64,000 bases of DNA from the human T2T-CHM13v2.0 reference genome, Homo sapiens: assembly GCF_009914755.1 (NCBI RefSeq), contig NC_060926.1. The stretch is one strand, 5' to 3'. The notes under the pieces were generated by a model, which saw only the letters and a program-made list of their open reading frames with translations, was not told where the DNA came from and did no database searches. The translations under genes were made by a program, and so were the position numbers. This document shows, one piece after another, positions 52,671 to 64,000 of the stretch (position 1 is the stretch's first letter; each line of letters begins with the position of its first letter).

Positions 52671-52790
52671 TTATAAATAAATAAATTATTTATATAAATA
52701 ATTTCATATAAATTTTATATAAATTTATTAAATAAATTTATATAAATTATTTATTTATATAAATAGTAAATATTATATAAAAAATAAAGC
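52671..52790. repeat. AT-only low-complexity tract with nested inverted repeats
   Basis: 22-bp perfect palindrome at 52683-52704, a 16-bp-arm inverted repeat at 52714-52746, and outer 12-bp arms at 52673-52684 / 52747-52758. Confidence 0.85.
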
Positions 52791-53034
52791 ATATCATTAG
52801 AGTACAATAAAACAGTACTATTTTGGTTAATAGAGAATACATGGAAGAAGGTAACGTGTCACAATGGATGGGTTTATTTATTTATGGATTTTAAGAATTC
52901 AAAGGAAATAAAAGGTGATAGCTTGCTTTCCAAAAGCATATCACAGTGGCCCTTTAAGGAGCTTGTAGTTCCATCTGATAAACACATAATAATGATCTGA
53001 AGTCTAAGGAATTTTTTTCCATTATCCCCTGCAG

Positions 53035-53129
53035 CTTTGCCCTTTCGGATGAAGCATACAGATCCCTACGAGATCAAGATAAGGACCAATGTATTCTCAT
53101 TACTGGGGAAAGTGGAGCAGGAAAAACAG
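53035..53129 (+). CDS. MYO1B: MYO1B coding exon (95 nt): (I)[31 protein letters not shown](E), containing the ATP-binding P-loop
   Basis: Acceptor ttttttccattatcccctgcag| at 53034 and donor CAG|GTAAGG at 53129/53130. The phase-2 junction AT|C restores Ile. Walker A GESGAGKT is encoded at 53105-53128. Confidence 0.97.
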
Positions 53130-55068
53130 GTAAGGCTCCTACCAAGCAACTCTGCAGAAGGTAAATGCTGCACAGAATGACAACAGCAAAGAGGACCAGT
53201 AGGGCCTCCTTAGCAAGATCTGTCGCAGGGCCACTGTGAGGGTGCTTCTGCAGGAGGATACTGGTTAGGAACACAGAATGTTCTCTGGACTCCCCAGAGA
53301 AACAAGATGCCTATCCAAGGGGATTCCAACCAATATGAAGTCTAGTGCCGGATTCTAGACCTTTTTAGCGTAGTCTCTGGATGGTGCAAGATCTTTTTAC
53401 TTTTCTCCCAAGACATTAAACCTGTGTGCTGTTACAGATTCAAACTGCTTCCCCAAGAATGCCAATTTATTTAGGTTTTAAGAGGGTACAAACACACTCT
53501 ACCTTTGCTAAAAAGTGAGGGAAGATACCAGAAAAATGCTAACATTTTACTCAAGAGTTTTCCTCTGAAGCCTGAAGAATTGAGATTTTTATATGTATTT
53601 TTTAGACCTGGCAAGCTTCGCATAAAAAAACCCTCCAAATGGAAGGGTTATGCTTTTTTCCCCTTGTGCTTTTAATAAATGCAATTCATATGATTGGTGG
53701 TCTTGAGTGAGAAAATAACTTTACAGATGGTGCCCAGCTACCTGGAAAAGATTCAGAAGAGCCACATTCTCTGAATTCAACCTTAGAAACGTTTAAAGCT
53801 GCTGTTATCAGTGGGTTTTTTTTGATGGAACTGATGAGTCTGTGGAGGAGGAAGATGGTGAGGGAGATGGTATTTTCGTAAAGTTTCATCTGTAAAATGC
53901 TTTTGTTTTATAGATAAGAATATGATAATTGGTCAATTATTTTAGTATTCAAAGGTGGAATTTTAAATGTTTCTATTCTACATGGCTGGTTAGTTGTAAC
54001 ATTTACACATTTTGAGTTCCCATTGATCAAGAGAAGAAAATCTGCCATAGGTGTTGAGTCAACTGACTGAATCCATTTTATTCACAAGCTCTTAGAAATA
54101 TTTGTGCCTTGAAAGGCTCACTATCTACATCGAAATGGTTTTCCTTCTACACCTACTCTTTACTCCACTTGCCTTAGGCGTAACTCCTCCCTGCACCCCA
54201 TGCAGCTGAAGAAAGAGTGGTTAGATGAATGTGTCCAGCCCCCTTTCTTGAGCTCTTTGGAGACACCGAGCACCATTGTTTTGCAGGGCTAGCCAAGTTC
54301 TAGGCTCTAGGTGGTCAGAAATGAAGGGAAAAGGACTGGCATGTAAGAGCCTTAGGTAACAGAAAACATGGTGTCATATTGTTGAAGGGATTTTAGTTAT
54401 AAACCACCTGGTGTAGGCTCCTCCACATGGGACAGCCAAACTCCTTTTGAAGTGATGAAGTCTCACCACTTTGAATGGCACCCCCCTGGATTTGTTGTAC
54501 AGGTTCAGCTAACAAAATTCTTCCTTACCTAGAGTTCAATTCTGCCTCTACCTATTTGTCTTCAGTCTGCTACCTGGAACTTTACCATATTTGTCTTCCT
54601 TCTCCTCTACAGGACAATCACTTAGTTATTTGAAGTCAACATTTTATCTTTCTAGGGCTAAAAATCCCTTTTCTTCAAATTTTCTCATTTTATACACATT
54701 GATTTAATTCATTCATCCAGAAAAAAAATTATTGAATACCAACTTAGTGAAAGGTACTATACTAGGGACTGTCCTTGCCCTTATCACATTTCGTTTAGTA
54801 GGGGAGATAAACAATAGCTCTTTACATAGACATATATGCACGTACCTATACATCCAAATTACATGCAAAACATAAGTGGAGTGAAGGAAAATCACATGGT
54901 GCTTATGAGAGCACATTACAGGAAGAATTGGATCTTACAAATCTCTCATTATCTTGGTCCTGTTGTTCTGGAAACATCCTAATTTGTCAATATGCTTCAT
55001 GAAATTGCATACCAAAAAATAAACAGAATACTTGAGATTTGGTCCTGGTTGTAGTGGAACTCTTATCC

Positions 55069-55399
<331 letters not shown>

Positions 55400-56789
55400 T
55401 AATATAAAGCATGTATTGACTCATACTGGTCTTTAAACCAAGTAAGATATTATAGGATTTTTTTTTTTTTCACAGTAACTTCCATTAGGTCAGATCTGCT
55501 CAATCAACTATTGATGAACAAAATTATTTTAAACTTACATGCAGAATATTGTATTTATTTTTATTAATTTTGGTCCATTGTTACAACCTCTTGAGAAGCT
55601 GACAAATCCTGATGCTTTCCCTTCCCTTAGGATTGCTGTCATTTTGCTGGGTGATAATGATACTAGCTAACCCACGTTCAGCACTTATCACGTGCTGGGC
55701 GGTGTGCTTATTTACATGTATGAGATAAGTATTTTTGTTATTTCAGTTTTTATGATGGGAAAATAGGAACACGGAAACATTAAGCAATTTGCCAAAACTT
55801 ATACAGTGAATAAGTGGCAGAGCTGGGATTTTGAATGCAGGTAGTGTAGTTATAGAGTCCCTGCTTTTATCCACTGTACTAAGCTGCATCTCTGTACCTT
55901 GAACATGGTACAGAGTAGTTCTTGAACATGATTCTTTCCGAGTGCCACACTACTTTGCCCATGTTGGTAAGTCTCCTTCAACTAGCCTCCCATGTCTTCT
56001 TAAGGGAGGGATTTTGTATTATGTTTCTACTACCTAATTTAATGGCTGCCATACAGTAGGTAGTCAGTACATATTTAAATAATTGAATGAACATCATGTA
56101 CTAATCCAAGGAGCCAGCCTCCTGTCTTTATTTAAGTAATTGACAAAAACACTGAATAGGACTGGGCCAAAGACTGATCCATATGAAAATTGCCAGGTCT
56201 CATTTAAAATATGTCTATCTTACTAAAAATTAGTTGATTTGCTTAGTTCTGGGTATCTTTATCTTTCTCCATTTTTTTCCTTAGGCAGTCTCAACTATTT
56301 TCCAGTAACGTTAATGTGTTCTACATTTACACTGCTAGTGAAAATACCTCTTGGCTGATCTCCCAGCTATGTATTTACTGCCTGTCTGACATCTCTACTT
56401 GGGGTCTAACATGCATCTCAGACTAAGCATGTACAAAATGGAACTCTTGATTTCTCTCTTTACCCTCTTATAACCAATCTTTCTGATCTCAATAAATGAG
56501 ACCACTAGTCAACCTAGTTATCACACTAGAAATGTTTGTTATCCTTGATTTCTTCCTTTCCTGTATTTCCCATATCAAATCCCTTTCCTAATTTTGTCAG
56601 TTCTGGCTCTAGAATATATCTCATACCAGGCTCTCTCTTCCTTTTCTTTTTGTCCACATGGAGACTCACAAGCCACCACCCATTATCTCTCATGAGGATT
56701 ATTTGTAGCAGTGTCTAATGGGTTTCTCTCCTTTCTCTCTTGATTACCCCTAATTCCATTTTACAGACCCCAGTCTTTGCTTGTTCAAA

Positions 56790-56840
56790 TCTCTCTCTCT
56801 CTCTTTATCTCTCTCTGTCTCTGCCTCTGTCTCTGTCTCT
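56790..56840 (+). repeat. Imperfect (CT)n
   Basis: ctctctctctctctttatctctctctgtctctgcctctgtctctgtctct. Confidence 0.8.
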
Positions 56841-59800
56841 TAACCTGTGGGAAACTTTACAGGACATGGGCATCTTGAGAAAATGTTTTTACCCCTTCCA
56901 TGTCACTAACCAGTTCTTTCAGGTGAAACAGAATTTAATTCTTAGAAGCAGTACAGCTTCTTGTTTGTCTCTAGGTTGACAAATGAAAATGGTGGCAAGG
57001 CAAGTTAGAAACTCTGTTCCTTGCTGAAGGCATCTGTACTGATGCTGTATCTACGCCCACCCCTCCCCCCATCCTATTTGACTCTATCTACAAGCACACA
57101 TATTCACTTCATATTGCTTCATTTTTATTTTCACTTGGAAGAAGAAAAGAAAATATTCCTAAGCCTCTTTCATTCTTACATTCTTTAGCTTTTTAGTCAG
57201 CCTTCTTTGTGACTAACGGTTTTTTTTTTTTTAGGATATTCTAATTGTATCAATTCGTTCCTAAATGAGTCATCAGAAGTGGGTTGCGGTCATTGTTTTG
57301 ATGGGTCTTGGCCAGTTCTTCATCTCCTCTGGAACATGTGTTCTGAGAAGACAGCACGTCCACTAATTAGCTATGTCAGTATGTGACATCCGCCTTCTCA
57401 GAGAGTTCTTAACACTACTACTTCCTCCTGGAGCCAGATTCCATCTCCTGATGGGCTCATGTATCTTCCTTACTGAAAAACTGAGTGGAGGTTGCTAGTG
57501 CTGTTTCAGAGGATTGGCATCCATTTTTCTTAGGAAAAAAAATAACTACCACCCTATTTCTCTGGTAGAACTCTAGTAGTAAAATGGAGTTCATTCTTCT
57601 TTTTTATAGTTTTCTCTTGTTATTTTTCTGCTTGACAATTTGTTCTATTGGTTTCAGTGCCCAAATCACCACTTGAAATCCTCTTCTCCTTGTCATCTTC
57701 CCTGGATTTAGTCCTTCTGGGGATCCTGTTGCCCTTTATCAGAAGCTGGAAAATGGACAGCGCTTCCCAGGGCTTGTCACCCTTTCCTCTGGTAGTGCCA
57801 TTGTGTTTACAGCACATAGAATTAGGTGCTGCTTCAGGGAGGAGGCTGGAGGAGGGTCCAACAGAGACGCTAGAGCATTGCTTCTCAAATCTGTGGTGAA
57901 GCACCAGTTCCAAATCTCATGTTCATCATTACTAGAAAAATGAAATAATAGACAAAATAGAGCATTTAAACCTTAATTTTTTCTTTTAGTTTCAACAGGC
58001 AAAACAAGCAACCAAATTAGTACAGAAGCTTTTAAAAGCCTACTTGCATGTGTAGATCACTTAATAGTCTGTGGATTGACCAACTTGGAGTCGTGCTGGT
58101 CCTTGGACCATACTTCGAGTAACACTGCCTAGAAGTCACTCAAAGCATTTGTGTTGTTTTTGAGCTACTGTGCTTCTTGGACCCTGTGATGAACTATCGT
58201 CTTGGGTGCTTCAGCTGTCTGTTATCACTAAGACGCCTGGAGCCGGGAGGTGGATACCGCTCCTGAGAGTGGTTCATTTTGAATACCCACTTAGCTACAT
58301 GCTTGGTAGCACCTAGCCCTTGAGTCCTTTTCACTTATGGAACCCAACAGCTTCTCCTACCTCTCAGTCCACTGTAGACATACAGTGGTTTGCTGACTTA
58401 CTCTATTTTCTTTCTTTTTTAAAGCAGTGGTACAAAAACTGCTTAATATTTTATGACGGTTTTAATTGTCTTTAGTCTATCAAATTGAGTAAAGCCAAGA
58501 ATATTGTGTGTTGTTTAAAGTCTCTGTTTTATGGAGATTACTTACAGGAAAATAAAATGATGGAAGATAATATAGAAATTTCAGTATATAGTTGTACAAG
58601 GAATTTGGAGTGGGGGTTTCATCTCAGTTTTGAGCAGAAGAGGGATGCCAGGCCATTTTGAAATGTCATATCATCTTATGCACTAAAATTGTTTTTGTGT
58701 ACATGTGTTCATTAAAAATTTTGATTTAGTAAATAAATGAAAGAAGATGATTAACATTTATTGAAGGCCTGGAATGTGCTGTGTGCTTGACATATAATAT
58801 CTCCTTTCAATAAAAGTCTTTACTTAATAGTTTGTATAGAACCACCATGTAGTATTAGAGGGCTTATTTTATAAGAAGTAATTAACTTAACTGGGTCATA
58901 AACCCTCCTTGGCAGATGATGATGTTATTGGTCTTAAACATTGGAGACACTCTTAAGCTGCGGAGTTATGTAACATGGGCACTTAGGGAGAGGCGTGAAC
59001 TCTTTTGAGTCCTTTGGGGTGCTATTTAATTCATTACTGCTGTGCTAAATGAAAAATTCATCAGACCTCATAAAAGTGCCCATGTATTTTTAGGCATTGA
59101 ACTCACAACTCACTCCCATGAATACAGATGGTTTGTGGAGAACCTTTCAAGCACTGATGGGGGCAGGGGGGCAGAATATGAGGGAACCATCAAAACTACA
59201 TTTTTCCAAGGACATCAGAGTAAATCTCTGGGCCTGAGAAGATGATCCCAACGTTAGGAAACATAATTATTTGGTTTCTAATTTTACAGTTACATCAGTT
59301 TCTAGGAACTCTTCAGCCATCTGCTAGAAGAGTTATGAAGCCTGCCTTGCTCATTAAGACCTTTGGTTCTAAACCCCAAATGACCTTATGTATCTGCAGT
59401 GGTTCTCCAACTGGACAGTGACAGAGATGCCACTGACTTACTGTAGCCTAAACATTGGCGAGCATTTCACAGTGTTGAAAATACCCACACTGAAGCAGAA
59501 TAGATAAGTGAAGTCAAGGCCAAAATGTAGTGAGCTTTTGTTTTGTTTTTCCCCTGTGTGAGAAAGACCCCTCTCCATCCGTGTGTTTAATATAAATTAT
59601 CAGAGATTTTGTGGCCCTCTTTCAGAAGAGGATGACATACAGGCTTATTTCAATAAAAACATCACCAGTTGTGACTTCCCTTGTAACAAAGGCTGCGTCT
59701 CTCATTGCAGGGCCCATGCATTTAGTACTCTGGAACACTTCACTGCTGCCTGTTAGATCCATTTGGATGTGCGGGAGCTGGGTTATTTTGCAGCACAGTA

Positions 59801-62800
59801 GACTCCAGACTGCTAAAAGGTGGTTTCTCCAAGCTGTAGAGTGCTTGTTTTGTTGAACACAAACATGGCCTCATTGATTTAGGCATTCACTCTTTAGCCC
59901 TAAACTCTGGTCTAGGGCTCTGAACCACCAGACCTACAAAAGCTCAATTCCTAGAAAAACTTTGGTGTCTTAACTAGAGAGATAGAGAGGTAAAGAAGGA
60001 GATAAATAAATGTGTACGAATAAATGTATGGCCCTCTCTATATGCCATATGACCTGTAGATCAATATGCGACATACATGATATTGCCTATATCTATGAAT
60101 TTATCCATAGAGACCTGTTACTCCTGGATAAATTTATTAGAAGCTCTGTGAAAAAAGTGCACAATAATCCTTGCCTATTCTCAAGCCTTTTTTCCCCCAA
60201 TGCAGTGATTGAATCCATGTGGAGCCTGCTCCATTAACATAGATAGGTTTAGGTATCTTAGGCATGAGATTCCCATCCTTTTGTCATCATGACAATTGTC
60301 TTTCCTTGAATTGTTTTCCCTTCCTCATTCACCTTCCGCTACTTCACAATGCTTTATTTCATTAAAAAGATTATTATATATGAATTTATATAATTCTATG
60401 TTGTGTGATAATTACATGATAATACATATTATTCACAGTACAGTGCAAGGTGTCAGAGAATACAGAATTCAATTAGTTATTCTTACCCTTACAGGACTTT
60501 AAAATCCTCACACATTTAAACTGTCATCTGTACTTCCTTTCCATTGTTTGTAGAAATTAATTCTGATCTAGATATTCTGATCCAGAAGTATTTTGTAACA
60601 GGCCCTTTGTCCATTAGTGAGGAATATGTGTTAACCCTAAATGTTCTGCCATTTTCTGATGAGAAGAGATTTTGACCCCAGAGGCTTCATATATTTTGTT
60701 AGTCCAGCTGTTGATGAATTTTAAGATTCAAGTTACATTCAAACATATATATATATATGTACGTAAGTTTACATATATAAAGTATCTATGAGTTAGAGAA
60801 AGTGATGAACCAAGAATTGATTCTAAACAATGCTGTTACATTTTGTCTATTTTAAATGACAATATTCTTATATTTAACAGTCAACATAATTCAAAAACCA
60901 GACTTTGAAATATGGTGGATGATACTCCATTTTTGATTCTCCTCAGAAATGCAGTTTTTCATTATAGAGGTTATTATGTAAAGGTTTGATTTGTATAAGT
61001 ATATAAATATTTGAATACAGATCCAAATTTATTTGAACTTTAGCACCAAAGAGTCAAAAGGAAATGAAGCACAAAGTCTCATGAGGTAACTATTATTTCC
61101 AGTTTCCAGCGTGGTGAAATATTATGAAAACAGTTCCTTAAAGTATGTTGGACCTTGTAATTCATCCTTACTGGTTTATTAATTTCTCTAAAGTAGTGCC
61201 TGTGTAATGAAGTACTTGAGTTAAAGGTCAAGTATATGTCAGGAAAAAAAAAATTATAAGAGTTGTCTCTTTTAAATAGTGTGATTTTTTTTTCTGGAGA
61301 AAATACTAATACCAGCTTCCAAAAATGACTTATTAAGATGAGCCCAGTAGTAGAATTCTTGAAAATAGTTAAGAATCTGAAGATATTTTTAACAACTTGG
61401 AAATAAATTATTAAAACAGCTTGAACTTTATTCTCAAACTATATTTTAAAATTTTATTTGAATTGCTTAAATAGGTTTTAAAGTTAATAAAGTGATTCTT
61501 AATTTCAGTTTAAATGAATCCATCTTTATATGCCAGGAGATATTATGGGTTTATATATACTTTAACAGCCAAGTGATGTAAGCCTGACCCAAATTCCAGG
61601 AGATCTGCTCCTGGTGCCATTTTCAAACACATTTGACCCTGAGAGAACTTGATCCCATCTTGTTCTGGCCATTAAAAAGGTCTCTGAGAGGTCAAATCAA
61701 TTCTAGTAGCCACCAAAAGATTCTCATTCTTGGTTGATTTTCCCCCCACCACCACCCTGCTAAAGCAGTTGTCCTCTAAGTTCATCCTGGACCAGAACAG
61801 GTTTTCAGAGGACTCAATGTAGCCGTGAATCTGAATTTTGAGGTTTTGAAGTTTGGCCACAGTAAGGTCCATAATTACCAGAATAACAAAAGAGCCTGAC
61901 CTAAACTTTATATATTTTTGGTCAGTTTACCTAAAAGAAAACTTACCTTTTCATCTAAAATGTGTGAGTGTGTATTTGTGTGTGTGTGCATTAGTATGTT
62001 TGTATATTTGCCACTGTCTAAGACAGTTATTTTGCTGATAAATGTTTTCAGTCTCCTAGTATTACGATGGATAGATAGGCCAGAAATTTATGTCAAGAAA
62101 GAAACATATACATAATATATGTGAGAGTTCAGGTGGGGATGGGGAACAAAGAATGCCACTGAGAAAGCAGAAACATGAGAAAGCAGGCCTGGAGGGGATT
62201 GCTTCCAAGGCCAGACTACAGAGTTGGATGCCTGGGTGATTGAAGAGAGCTGCCCCAGTGCTGGAGACTAGATAGCACCGGATGTTAGGAACCTGCTAGG
62301 AGGGCAGCCTCACCTGAATTGAAATTGAAAGGCAGAGAGCCTAGAAAGTATCCTGAAGTGAGCAGGGAAGAGCTATACCTTGGACTAGAGGGTAGAGGGC
62401 AATGTGGCCCCCAGGAGTGAAATGAAATATAATAGTATATAAAGTCTTTGTCTGTAAGTGATGGCTCAGGACAGCCTGAATGGTGTAACAGGATTATCTA
62501 TGTATAATTCACCAGCTTTTTTCTAGATAAACCATGAGAATAATGGAAAATGTAGTTGAGGAACTTTAAATGTTGGTGGTTGTGTTATGTGGACAGTAAG
62601 TGCCCTGTAAAAGAACGGTATTGCAAAGGTGGAAAGATGGTTGTTTCTCAGTTACAGTCTTTAAAGGGAGACAGCAGAAATCAACCACACAGATGACCAG
62701 ACAACCTATTTGGATTCCTTTTCATTACCCAGAAAGCAAATTGGAGAGAGTTACCTCCAACCATTGAAGAAGCACCTAATGTCCCACCATAGTTCTGTGC

Positions 62801-63771
62801 TCCATGAGATTGTTTACTTCCCCCTTAATGTATTTGCCAGTACTCCAGAAACAGACATCTTAGGACTTGAGAGCTTTATGTGACCTGCATAGATTCTTGG
62901 TCTTCAGTGGCTCCTATTGGTTGATGCTTTTAGGTTGCGCAAAAGCCCTCAGGAATACGTTGGGCAGTGTGCTCAAAGTGGCATTCCAATTTTTCACGTA
63001 TTATTTTCCCAATGGTGGGAGATGGGACTGGAATCCACCTGCAGGTCTCCTGTGAGACAGTTAAGATTGCCTCATTATACCTGTAGGCAGAGAGACCCTC
63101 CAACTTGGAGGAGGCTCACCTGCCCACTGACAGTGGCAGTAGAGCAAAGACTTGAGACAAAGCAGGATGTGGAGAGACTGGTTTCCTTACCTTAACTACC
63201 CAGACCAGGGAATATGTTTTCTTCTGCCAACATAAAATAGTCAAGCATTTTCTGGGTCCCAGTTACGGAACATTAGAACAACTAATTAGGACAGCCCAAT
63301 CAATGGAAAACAGATTCCATAGAAAATAAATTAGGGAAACAGCATTCTAGATCCTTTTTTAGAGTTCAGCAGTGCACGCGATCATATTAAAAGCTCTGAG
63401 AAGCCTTTTGATAATGAAAGTGGTTTCACTGCATCTGACTCACTGTAGCTCCACATCCACTTTGGACCTTATTTTCCTTAAATATCTATTAACATTTCTT
63501 GAAACTTAGTGTTAAAAGAATCAGAAGCTAGGAGGCAGATGCCGAGAGAGGGGACACGGACTGATAGGGAAGGGATAAAACCACCAAAGACATGTTTAGT
63601 CCCCAGTTTGAGCTAAAAAATTTTTAGGTGGTTTTATCCTTTGCCTCATGTGGCCTATTCTTTAGCAGCTTTAGTAACGGGGTTACTAGTGAAGCCTATT
63701 AAGACTACCATGTCTGGAAAAGGCTGCGTTTTTTTGTTATTAAATCCTTACATTGGCTGCTTAGTTTTTGA

Positions 63772-64000
<229 letters not shown>

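Overview
Primate (most likely human) genomic DNA lying entirely inside the MYO1B gene (unconventional myosin-Ib) on the + strand. It holds three small coding exons that the ORF track misses: 1-132, 19212-19327 and 53035-53129. They splice in frame through GT-AG introns of about 19.1 kb and 33.7 kb and encode the N-terminus of the myosin motor domain up to the P-loop GESGAGKT. The remaining 99% is intron, densely filled with Alu, MIR, L2, L1, CR1/L3-like, MaLR, ERV1 LTR and DNA-transposon remnants. None of the listed ORFs looks like a real gene. I found no evidence of a new multi-gene system. The most interesting structure is a set of three antisense MER41 solo LTRs carrying 0, 2 and 1 intact GAS (STAT1) motifs, a natural allelic series of candidate interferon-inducible enhancers in one gene. 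Other notable items are a MADE1 hairpin with a near-perfect SETMAR site, a perfect TACTAAC branch point, nested AT-rich palindromes upstream of the P-loop exon, three-level TE nesting and a uniform antisense bias of LTR and L1 insertions. Repeat family names come from recalled consensus sequences, not from a database search, and old-repeat boundaries are approximate.
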